A DNA stretch of 64,000 bases from Arcobacteraceae bacterium. GTDB taxonomy: Bacteria > Campylobacterota > Campylobacteria > Campylobacterales > Arcobacteraceae. Numbering within the stretch: position 1 is the first letter of the stretch; each line of letters opens with the position of its first letter. Below the pieces are notes generated by a model that ran no database searches, had not been told where the DNA came from, and worked only from the letters and a program-made list of their open reading frames with translations. A program made the position numbers and the translations under genes. Shown in pieces: positions 48,870-57,786 of this stretch. The stretch is from the NCBI GenBank assembly GCA_041672955.1, contig JBAYYP010000003.1, positions 13,899 to 77,898 of the forward strand, written 5' to 3'.

Positions 48870-49475
48870 CTACTTTTTTAGACAAAATAAACTACTTTCT
48901 AATTTTTTAATATAATCAGACAGTTTTTCATTTTTAATTACAAGTTGTTCTATCTCATCTCTTAAATAAGAGGTCTCTTTATGATTATATTGTTCTAGAA
49001 ATTTCTCAATATATGAGAAATTACTTATATCACTGTTATTATTATGTAAGAAATTCAATAATTGAGTATCTTCACTTTGGGCAATTACTTCATTTGATAA
49101 GCCACTAATAACGATAGATAACTTCAAGCTATTTTTTTCTATTAAGTCATTTGCTTTTGTTGCAAAATTTATCTCCGTATCTTTATTGACCAAACGATTA
49201 ATCGAACCCATTAAATCTTTAACAATAAAAAGACTTACATTTGTATGAATATCAAATATAACAAGAACGCCTTTTGCAAATTTTAGTTTATTTCTAAGTG
49301 GTATAAATATATTTCTTGAAATTTCATGAACTTTATATACCTTTGTAAATCCAGTAATATTTCCTTCCATTTCTAAAATCATTTTTGTATCGACAAAGTC
49401 CATTGCCAATTGCATCTCTTTTAAGATATCTGTTTCAATTTTGCTTCTATTACTCATTTTTAACTCTCTTAGCAT
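48870..49475 (-). CDS. Stand-alone FtsZ C-terminal-domain-like protein with coiled-coil tail
   Basis: MDFVDTKMIL..EG (cf. NLDFADVKTVM..G), AKGVLVIFDIH, EINFAT, LKLSIVISGL (cf. VxVTIIATG). Confidence 0.65.
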   Translation of the reverse strand: MLRELKMSNRSKIETDILKEMQLAMDFVDTKMILEMEGNITGFTKVYKVHEISRNIFIPLRNKLKFAKGVLVIFDIHTNVSLFIVKDLMGSINRLVNKDTEINFATKANDLIEKNSLKLSIVISGLSNEVIAQSEDTQLLNFLHNNNSDISNFSYIEKFLEQYNHKETSYLRDEIEQLVIKNEKLSDYIKKLESSLFCLKK

Positions 49476-50912
49476 TTAGCTAATGTTTCTAAAAACATTG
49501 TTATTTGGTCTTCTATTATGTATAAAAGATTTTCTTGTAGGTATTTCTTTAGGCATTGATAAATAATCAACTACAATTCTTTGTTCATCAATAGTTTCAA
49601 TAACTATTTTATACTCTTCGAGTAATTTATTATCGGTAACAAACATATACGCTTGAGGGCTTTCATAATCAGCAACACGCAATAGATTATTTATCTGTAA
49701 ATATTTATATTCAACTTTAATTAACTCTTTTTTATCAATAAATATAGGCTTTGCAAAATAACTTCTGTTATTTGCTAAATTAATATATTCAAACTCTTTT
49801 AGCTGCTCATTATCATTGGTATTAAAGCTATATCGTGAGATGATATTTGTGTATAACTCTTGATATTGATTTTCCCCTAATTTATTCTTTAAAAGTATCT
49901 CATCTTGTGTTGCAAACAGATATTCAAAATTACTCTCTCTACAAACATCAACTTGAGGTAAATACTCAGAGTTTAAGACTTTTTGGGCTTCATCAATTAC
50001 AATACAAACAGGTTTCATCTCAAAATAGCTGGCTTTTTGAAGTCTTGTATAAATAGCTGTATTAATGGCATTTAATACACTTTCACTTAAATTTGATACA
50101 TCAATGATGATAATTTTTCCTGCTCTTAACTCTTTAATAATATCTAAGTCACTCTCATTCAAATATGCTTTTGTAGCTATTTGATTTAAAATAGTACTTA
50201 AATGATTTACAATGCCATTTTTACCGAAATCATCCTCTATTTTTGTTTTTTCATAAAGTTTTAAAGTAGCCAATGTTTTTCCAATATTATTTAACAAATC
50301 ATTAAAAATATGTTCTCTTTTTCTAAAAAACTTATCTTTTGGTCTTGGCATTTTTTTAACATATTCTAAACTGCTTACCATATTTTCATAGAAAGATTTT
50401 ATAGCTTCAACATTTGCCACACAAGAGTATAAACTTGCATAGCTAATATTTTTATGTATAGATGGAATATTAAATCCAGAGTGATACTTATTTACTATTT
50501 CCTTTAAAAGATTGAAATTTTTATGAATAGTAAAAACATTTTCCATCAATGATTTAGCAGAATTTTCCCAGTAATCACCAACTCCTTTTGACTTAACAAC
50601 TAAGGGGATTTGACTTGAAGATAAGTAATCACATAGATTTATATTTTTACCCCATGGTTTACCTATTTCAATAACCTCATGCAATTTGTCATGTTTATTT
50701 GCAAGATATTTTGCTTGAAGGTGTAAGTTGCCTTTAAAATCATAGATTAAAACACCATAGTCTGATTTAATTCTCTCTTCTATATTTGGTAAAACAGAAC
50801 ATGAAGTTTTTCCGCTTCCTGTTCTTCCAAACACTATTCCACTGGTAAACTTTTTAGGTAAAACCATGCTTTGTATATTTCTTTCAGTTGTAGTATTAAA
50901 TCCCATTGCCAT
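49476..50912 (-). CDS. VirD4/TraD-like P-loop ATPase without an N-terminal TM anchor
   Basis: GRTGSGKT...PNI; VLIYDFKG; Walker B IVIDEAQ; FATQ. Confidence 0.7.
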   Translation of the reverse strand: MAMGFNTTTERNIQSMVLPKKFTSGIVFGRTGSGKTSCSVLPNIEERIKSDYGVLIYDFKGNLHLQAKYLANKHDKLHEVIEIGKPWGKNINLCDYLSSSQIPLVVKSKGVGDYWENSAKSLMENVFTIHKNFNLLKEIVNKYHSGFNIPSIHKNISYASLYSCVANVEAIKSFYENMVSSLEYVKKMPRPKDKFFRKREHIFNDLLNNIGKTLATLKLYEKTKIEDDFGKNGIVNHLSTILNQIATKAYLNESDLDIIKELRAGKIIIIDVSNLSESVLNAINTAIYTRLQKASYFEMKPVCIVIDEAQKVLNSEYLPQVDVCRESNFEYLFATQDEILLKNKLGENQYQELYTNIISRYSFNTNDNEQLKEFEYINLANNRSYFAKPIFIDKKELIKVEYKYLQINNLLRVADYESPQAYMFVTDNKLLEEYKIVIETIDEQRIVVDYLSMPKEIPTRKSFIHNRRPNNNVFRNIS

Positions 50913-50944
50913 TGCTTGCTCCTTGATGTTTTATTTAGTCTTAT

Positions 50945-52687
50945 TTATTCGTTTATTTGTACTTTAAAAAAAGTGTTATGAAGTACATCTATTTTTTTAT
51001 TAAGCTCTTTAATTTGGTTATCAAGCTCTTGCTCTTTATTGAAATTATCTATTAATTGCTTTTGTTGTGAATTTGTTAAAACAGGAATAGATAGCTGCTT
51101 AATATCAGAGGGTGAAATTTGTGGCATAGAAGCTCCACTTACAAGTGAAAACAGAATGTTTTGAGTGAGTTTTGATTTTAAAAACATATACAAAGCAATG
51201 GCATTATCTTTTTTATTCGAGCTTTTAATTCTAATAACTTGTATAGCTTGTGAAGCAACCATAACATGCGTAGTTTCACCTACAATAGCAACTTTACCAA
51301 TAACCCCTTTAGAACTCAATAACACATCAAAGGGTTCTAATTTGTAGGTTTGTAGTTTTTTATCTTGTGAGCCAATCTCTTTTATTTTTCCACAAGCATA
51401 GGTAAATCCAGCAGAAGAAAAATCATAAGGTGAAATCTCATAGATTTTAATTCCTGTTTGTTCATCTTTAAACAGTTGTGATCTTCTTGCATCTGCTATA
51501 TCTTCTAATGCTATTAACTTAAACTGTTTAAGATATTGTTGTCGTTGTTGTTGCTCTTTAGGATTAACATATCTGTCAATAGATAAAGAGTAATTATTTT
51601 TAATAATATCCTCTTTTTTTACAAGAGAAGAAATGCCATCTAGTTCTTTAGTGTTGATGTAAATATCTACTATTTCCTCAAGATTTTTAAGAACAAATTT
51701 TTTACCCTCTCTTGTTATAAATTGTTCATCTTTTAGATTTAAAAAATAGACTCTATCATCTGATTTTTCTTTATTTAATACAAACAGCGTAGTTTCAATT
51801 GAAGTTGCCATAAATAAATTAGGTGGAAGTTGAATAATAGCTTGTATATAGTTTTTTTCACACAAGTATTTTCTAAACTCCTCTTCAAAGTTTCCTCTGT
51901 ATGTAAAACCAACTGAAGTTAAAACAACAGCAGTAGATTTTGTTTGAGCTAAAATATGTTCAAAGTGAGCAATATCAAGCACTCTTCCTTTTTGATACTC
52001 AAATCTATTATATATATCTTTAGAAGCATCTATATTCCCTAATACTCTTAAAGGAGGTGCGGAGAATACTTGTGTAAACTGCTTTAAAATATGAGGAGCA
52101 TCTTCTTTTAGAAAGGTTGGCTTCTCAAGGGCGTTTGTCATAGAAAACTCTATATTAGCATTTTCAATAATATTTAATAAGTGGGAAACTAAAGAGGATT
52201 TATACAAAGGAAAGTCTGCGTATATCTTTTTACTAGTAAATTCGCAATAAGCAAACCCATTTGTAAAAGGGATATAAATCTCATTACACTCAGGTGCATT
52301 ACTATTTAAAATTTCTAATCCTAGTTTTGCTATTTGGGGAGATACACAAAAGTCATGATTTCTTTGATTATAAAAGACTTCATTGATTTTAGGCAAACTA
52401 TTATTCACAACTATTGTAAACAAAGCAATAAGTTCTTTATTACTAAACATTTTAGCATCAAGAGAAAAAGTACTAAATAGTTTTATCTTTTTAGATAAGG
52501 AATCAAAAGTTTTTACCAACTTAACTGCTTCTATTTTATTATTGTAAAAAGTTGTAAAAGACAATTCCCGTTCAATCTCTTTTCTTGAAAGTATCTGCCA
52601 TGCTTTTAATACATATAATAACTCCAAGGCTTCTTGTTTAAAATTAAAATCTTTAAGTTGATTTTCGAGTTGATTTATACTTAACAC
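50945..52687 (-). CDS. N6-adenine methylase-like domain fused to a TRD (HsdM-HsdS-like) with degenerate catalytic motifs
   Basis: IQAIIQLPPNLFMATSIET; NNYSLSIDRY; TRD motifs DVLLSSKGVIGKVA and GASMPQIS; SAPPL in place of NPPF; GTG start after AGGAG. Confidence 0.75.
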   Translation of the reverse strand: MLSINQLENQLKDFNFKQEALELLYVLKAWQILSRKEIERELSFTTFYNNKIEAVKLVKTFDSLSKKIKLFSTFSLDAKMFSNKELIALFTIVVNNSLPKINEVFYNQRNHDFCVSPQIAKLGLEILNSNAPECNEIYIPFTNGFAYCEFTSKKIYADFPLYKSSLVSHLLNIIENANIEFSMTNALEKPTFLKEDAPHILKQFTQVFSAPPLRVLGNIDASKDIYNRFEYQKGRVLDIAHFEHILAQTKSTAVVLTSVGFTYRGNFEEEFRKYLCEKNYIQAIIQLPPNLFMATSIETTLFVLNKEKSDDRVYFLNLKDEQFITREGKKFVLKNLEEIVDIYINTKELDGISSLVKKEDIIKNNYSLSIDRYVNPKEQQQRQQYLKQFKLIALEDIADARRSQLFKDEQTGIKIYEISPYDFSSAGFTYACGKIKEIGSQDKKLQTYKLEPFDVLLSSKGVIGKVAIVGETTHVMVASQAIQVIRIKSSNKKDNAIALYMFLKSKLTQNILFSLVSGASMPQISPSDIKQLSIPVLTNSQQKQLIDNFNKEQELDNQIKELNKKIDVLHNTFFKVQINE

Positions 52688-53021
52688 AGTAACTCCTATT
52701 TTTTTATATGTTGAAATTATAACTAGTAATTTAATACAAGTCAATAGTTTGAAAGAAACTAAACTTGAATGCCTTACAAAGTTAATCGATTACAAATAGT
52801 AAAACCCCTATTTTAAGGAGTTTTATTAAGTTTTAAAATATTTGAATTTTTTATGAAGTTTATTATTTCTTAGGTTTTATATTTTGGTTTTGGGTGATAT
52901 TATTAATAAAAGTAGTCAAATACTTTCAAGTTCTTGCTCAAATTTACGACTATGTATGAAATTTAAATATTGTAAATCTATCTTATTTCATATATAATCA
53001 GAGTAACAAAAAGGACTTTAT

Positions 53022-53927
53022 ATGAATTCATCATTGCGTATATTAAGTATTTATTTAATGTTTCAAAAAGGATTGAATCTATCTACAAAGGAGTTGGCGG
53101 ATAAATATAGTACTACAACAAGAACTATATTAAGAGATATAAAAACAATCAACTCTTTACAAGAAACAAAAGTAATTTATAACCGTATTACAAATTTATG
53201 GGTTTTAGAAGATTATATTAAATTAGATTATCTAAGTGATGAAGAGATATCATTAATTGAGGCTTTATCTTCAAAGTCAACTGAAATGGGTGAAGACTTT
53301 CATAACCAAACTTCTAAATTATTTAAAAAATTTAAAAGAAATCTTCATAATTGTATTTATGAGAACATTGATACTGAAGATATAACAAATATTAAAAGAG
53401 ATTTAGTGGTTGTTGAATATTGTGTTTATAATAAAACAAAAATAGAATTAATCTATCAAAATAAACAAAGAGTTGTAGAGCCTCTAAAGTTAGCCAATTA
53501 TGATGGCTATTGGTATTTATTAGTGAATGATTTAACTAATAATAGAGTAAAAACATTTTATTTTAAAGATATAAAAGAGCTAAAACCTCTAAAAGACTTT
53601 TTTACCATTAAAATCGAAAATATAGAAGATAGGATGAAAAATGCAATTAATGCTTATTTTACTCTCGATGTTAAACCTTATGAAGTAAAACTTTTCATAA
53701 CAAGCCAAAAGGCTAATATTTTTAAAAGGAAACCTATATCCCCATCTCAACTTATATTAAAGGAGTATTCTGATGGCTCTTTTGACTTTAGTATTTGGAT
53801 AACACATGATATGGAGATAATTCCAACTATTCAAAAGTTTTTACCATATTTAAAAATACTAAGTGATGACATACATGGCAAACGCATATATAATCAAATT
53901 ATTGAAAATATAAATAAATTCAAATAA
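53022..53927 (+). CDS. WYL-domain transcriptional regulator (wHTH-WYL-WCX)
   Basis: LSTKELADKYSTTTRTILRDI HTH; RVVEPLKL...GYWYLL; KTFYFKDI. Confidence 0.92.
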   Translation: MNSSLRILSIYLMFQKGLNLSTKELADKYSTTTRTILRDIKTINSLQETKVIYNRITNLWVLEDYIKLDYLSDEEISLIEALSSKSTEMGEDFHNQTSKLFKKFKRNLHNCIYENIDTEDITNIKRDLVVVEYCVYNKTKIELIYQNKQRVVEPLKLANYDGYWYLLVNDLTNNRVKTFYFKDIKELKPLKDFFTIKIENIEDRMKNAINAYFTLDVKPYEVKLFITSQKANIFKRKPISPSQLILKEYSDGSFDFSIWITHDMEIIPTIQKFLPYLKILSDDIHGKRIYNQIIENINKFK

Positions 53928-53937
53928 GCCATCAAAC

Positions 53938-53968
53938 GACACATTATGTCTTTTGATTAATATATAAT
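53938..53968 (+). promoter_or_regulatory. Promoter of the RNase H-ddmDE operon with palindrome GACA-N5-TGTC at the -35 position
   Basis: GACACATTATGTC at 53938-53950; TATAAT at 53963-53968; RBS GAGGAG. Confidence 0.55.
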
Positions 53969-53988
53969 ATTTGGCATGAGGAGTTTTC

Positions 53989-54387
53989 ATGTCAAAAATT
54001 AAAAGAAGAATGCTGTATGTTGATGCAACAGGATATAAAGACAATACTGAATTTAAAATATCTCTTTATGATCCAGAAATTAATCTTACTAATATATTAG
54101 CACTAAAAGATATCTCAACATCAAATGAAGCAGAAAAATATGCAATTCTTTATGGAATTCTTTACAGTGTAAAAAGTAACTTAAAAAGTGTACACATCTT
54201 ATGTGATAATCAAAATGCTACTGAATCAAAAGAACTACGAGAATTAGCTGCTTATGCATCAATTAGAATTTTGTGGATACCAAGAGAGCTAAATACAATT
54301 GCCGATAAAATTGCAAAATTAGAGCCAACTGTTAAAGAAAAAGAGTGGTATTTGTTACATTTTATATATAAAAACTTAAGGGTATAA
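53989..54387 (+). CDS. Small RNase HI-like protein
   Basis: Four acidic catalytic positions: YVDA, NEAEKYA, LCDNQ and WIPRELNTIADK. Confidence 0.8.
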   Translation: MSKIKRRMLYVDATGYKDNTEFKISLYDPEINLTNILALKDISTSNEAEKYAILYGILYSVKSNLKSVHILCDNQNATESKELRELAAYASIRILWIPRELNTIADKIAKLEPTVKEKEWYLLHFIYKNLRV

Positions 54388-57300
54388 ATGGAAAATAAAT
54401 ATCCTACAACTGAGTATATAAAAGAATTATATAAAAAATACTTGCCGATATATGATGGAGAAAGAAAGAGCGGATTATTTTTATTGCCAGCTCAAACAGG
54501 AAGTGGAAAGACTCATGCAACAGCTTTTGTAATTGCAGATGTTCTAAGAAACTATAAAGATAAAAATATTATTTATCTTATTAATACCAAAAGTAATAGA
54601 AGTAACATTAAAGAAGATATTTTAAAACTATCAATTGATGAATTAGAAAAAGAAGCATTTAATAACGATATCCTAGAACTCAAATCTAATGAAGATAATT
54701 TATTTGATTTTTTTACGAATGAAGCTTTTAAAGAGTTAAGACATCTGAATGAAATAGATGAATATATAGCTTTAAAAAAAAAGATAACTTCCTTACAAGA
54801 AATAAAAAAAACTAATGTTGAAATATATGAGATTTACAAAAAAGAAGATACTGATCTAAAAAATAAGATATCACAACTTTATAAAGATGATGAAATTTCG
54901 ATTGAATTGCTGGAAGAAATTAAAAAGATATATCCAACTGTCGGTTTGAATAATAGAGTTATAATCACTACTTCGCATAAGTTTGTTGAACAGACTTTTA
55001 CCCTACCTACAAGAAAATATCTTTTTGAAATGTATGACACAAAAAATACTCTAATTTTTATTGATGAGTTTGATACACAAAAAGGCGTAATACTTGATAG
55101 TTTTATCAAAAAATCTGTTGAAAAATCTCTTGATAACTTTGAACTTTTAAAAATTATTCATGAAAGACTACATGAACATCTAATAAGAGATTATAGTAAA
55201 TATGAAGAGTTATTGGCGTTAAAAAATGAGATTAAATTTTTTTATGAAGAGAATAATTTTGCCAATAGATTTAAGTATGACAGTGATGAAAAACAATACT
55301 TTTTAAGAGATACGGCATCTATAACAATAAATACATCTGCAAAAAAGCACATTATAAAAAAAGGGAACAATTTAGCTACTAACTTTATAATACAAAGTGA
55401 TGAAGTAGATTATAAGGGCAGTTTTGAAGAACTGTTTGATAAATCTGATAAATTGGTTAATAGATTTTTAGGACTTATAAAACAATCTGCTTATGAGATT
55501 GCTGCTACAAAAGGTGAAGATATATCGGACATTATTTATACTTTCTTATCTGAATTTATTGCTTCAAAGGATACGCAAGATATTACAATAGTTAACAGAA
55601 TTTTAAGGGAACAAAATAAAAAAATAGATAAAAAATATTTTCAAAGTGATATTAGTAAGGCATATACGGGATTATACTCTTTGCTTACGATTATAAATGA
55701 CTCTAAACACAAGACTACAAGTAGATTTGGAAACTACACATTAGAAAACACCCCAGAAGCTTTTTTAAATTTTTTAACAGATAAATTTTTTGTAATAGGT
55801 ATCTCTGCAACAGCTACTATTAAAACAAAAATAGACAACTTTGATTTGGAGCATTTAGAAGATAAAATTATCTATTTAACTAAAAAAGAGATTGAAAAAC
55901 TCAATCAACTGTTTTTAGAATATAAAGTAAAAAATAGAAAATCTGTTATAAAGTTTATGGATAACTCAATTCATAAAAGAAAAATTGATATAAAACATTA
56001 CATTGATTCATTGGATTTGTTTCCCAAAGACGATAATATATTTGACTATTTTTGGAATAAATTAAATTTTGAAGACAATAATAAAGCTTATAACTTATCA
56101 AAATATATTGATCTACTTTTAGTGTATAAAGAGTTTATAATCTCAGAAACTATTCATAAGCTTTTATACTTAAATACATTTAGTTTTGAAAAAAAATATA
56201 ATCTTGAATTACTATATAAGATGATAGCACTTATGATAAGGCACAACTATTCAAACCTCTCTTCTTGCATGCAAAAGAGATTTAAAGGTGTATGTGATTG
56301 GGATTTAAACGATATAAATTTATTAATGGTTAAAAGCTCCATTTTTATGATTCATTTTACAAACGCTAATGATGATAAGAAAAAATGGAAAGAGTCTCTG
56401 TATTATGATAGTAAAGTTTTCTTAGTATCAAACTTTGCTTACATGTCTAAAGGGCAAAATATACAATATGATTATAATGATGGGAAAATTGGTTCAATTA
56501 CTAAAGAAAAAGATTTTGATGCCATATATATAGGCGAAATAACCAACAGACTCCCATCAAAATTAGACAATGAGAAAAAAGAACACCAACTGCTTAGATT
56601 GCTCTATAGCTTAACTGTTTTAAAAAATAATGGTGATATATCTAAAAAAGAAAAATATGTTTTTTTAAAAGCTGTTTTATCAGGAAGTAAATACGCAGAA
56701 AACCCATATAAGGAAACTGAAGATTATATTAATAGTTGTATGATACTTATAATACAAAGCATAGGAAGACTACATAGGACAGATTTTCCAAGTGATATTT
56801 ATATTCTCTTTCATGACACTAATAAAAAAATACTTCAAAGATTTAACCCTGAAAATCAATCGTTACTTCCTTCTGTAATTGAGAGTATGCTCATAGCAAA
56901 AGAAGAAATATCTGAAGAAAATGCGTCAAAAAATCATATAACTAATGAAACGAAAAACAAAAATATCAAGGATAATTTATCTTATATTTTAGAAATATTT
57001 AACAATAAGAATTCTTCTAAATCGAAATATAACGAAGCTATTGAGGATTGGGAAAAGGAGAGGGTGTTGTTACTTACAAATCCTTCAAAAGAAAAACTTT
57101 ATTCAAAAGACCATAAATATATGACTATGCCTTTAAAGCAATATTGGTATAAGCAAAAGAATGATTATGAAACCATTGAGATAAGCCATGAATATAAGAA
57201 AGGATATACAGAAGTATCTTATGAAGCAACAAGACTCGACAAGCTATATAAAATAAAAGAGCTACAAGAGTGCTTTTCAAAATACAACATAGCAAAATCA

Positions 57301-57786
57301 TTTGAATATGAGAATATTTTAATTCCCATAGTATTTAACAATTTTTACAAAGGTGCAATTGGTGAAATATTTGGTAAATATATATTAGAAAAATATGCAA
57401 ATATTAAACTTTTTGAACTTTGTTATGAATCGCAAGCTCAATATGAAACCTTTGATTTTACAAATGAAGACGAGAGTGTATATTTTGATTTTAAATATTT
57501 TAGCACCTATACGGCTTCATCTATTATATTGCCTGTTGAACTAGCCGATGTTATTAAAGCAAAATTAAGTGGGGAAAATCTTCATAATAAAAAGGTATTC
57601 ATCATTAATCTTTTTGATGATGACACAGAGCAAAGCCACTTAACAAGGTCAAGTAAGATTGAAATTATTGATAATATTTATTTTATTCCTTGGCTTATTA
57701 ATTTAGATAAGGAATTAAACCCGCAAATTGATACAAAAATGATTGTAAAAATAGGAGAGATTTATGCTAAATGTGCAAACAAATAA
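54388..57786 (+). CDS. ddmD: SF2 helicase with C-terminal PD-(D/E)XK nuclease, DdmD-like
   Basis: AQTGSGKT, FIDEFD, GISATA, QSIGRLHR; C-terminal YKGAIGE...FDF...YFDFK nuclease; 1132 aa. Confidence 0.7.
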   Translation: MENKYPTTEYIKELYKKYLPIYDGERKSGLFLLPAQTGSGKTHATAFVIADVLRNYKDKNIIYLINTKSNRSNIKEDILKLSIDELEKEAFNNDILELKSNEDNLFDFFTNEAFKELRHLNEIDEYIALKKKITSLQEIKKTNVEIYEIYKKEDTDLKNKISQLYKDDEISIELLEEIKKIYPTVGLNNRVIITTSHKFVEQTFTLPTRKYLFEMYDTKNTLIFIDEFDTQKGVILDSFIKKSVEKSLDNFELLKIIHERLHEHLIRDYSKYEELLALKNEIKFFYEENNFANRFKYDSDEKQYFLRDTASITINTSAKKHIIKKGNNLATNFIIQSDEVDYKGSFEELFDKSDKLVNRFLGLIKQSAYEIAATKGEDISDIIYTFLSEFIASKDTQDITIVNRILREQNKKIDKKYFQSDISKAYTGLYSLLTIINDSKHKTTSRFGNYTLENTPEAFLNFLTDKFFVIGISATATIKTKIDNFDLEHLEDKIIYLTKKEIEKLNQLFLEYKVKNRKSVIKFMDNSIHKRKIDIKHYIDSLDLFPKDDNIFDYFWNKLNFEDNNKAYNLSKYIDLLLVYKEFIISETIHKLLYLNTFSFEKKYNLELLYKMIALMIRHNYSNLSSCMQKRFKGVCDWDLNDINLLMVKSSIFMIHFTNANDDKKKWKESLYYDSKVFLVSNFAYMSKGQNIQYDYNDGKIGSITKEKDFDAIYIGEITNRLPSKLDNEKKEHQLLRLLYSLTVLKNNGDISKKEKYVFLKAVLSGSKYAENPYKETEDYINSCMILIIQSIGRLHRTDFPSDIYILFHDTNKKILQRFNPENQSLLPSVIESMLIAKEEISEENASKNHITNETKNKNIKDNLSYILEIFNNKNSSKSKYNEAIEDWEKERVLLLTNPSKEKLYSKDHKYMTMPLKQYWYKQKNDYETIEISHEYKKGYTEVSYEATRLDKLYKIKELQECFSKYNIAKSFEYENILIPIVFNNFYKGAIGEIFGKYILEKYANIKLFELCYESQAQYETFDFTNEDESVYFDFKYFSTYTASSIILPVELADVIKAKLSGENLHNKKVFIINLFDDDTEQSHLTRSSKIEIIDNIYFIPWLINLDKELNPQIDTKMIVKIGEIYAKCANK

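Noticed and set aside
54388-57786. Type I/III restriction subunit or Cas3
   Set aside because: DEFD box with an HsdR/Res-unlike motif context, no cognate active methylase adjacent, no HD domain, and no cas genes or array
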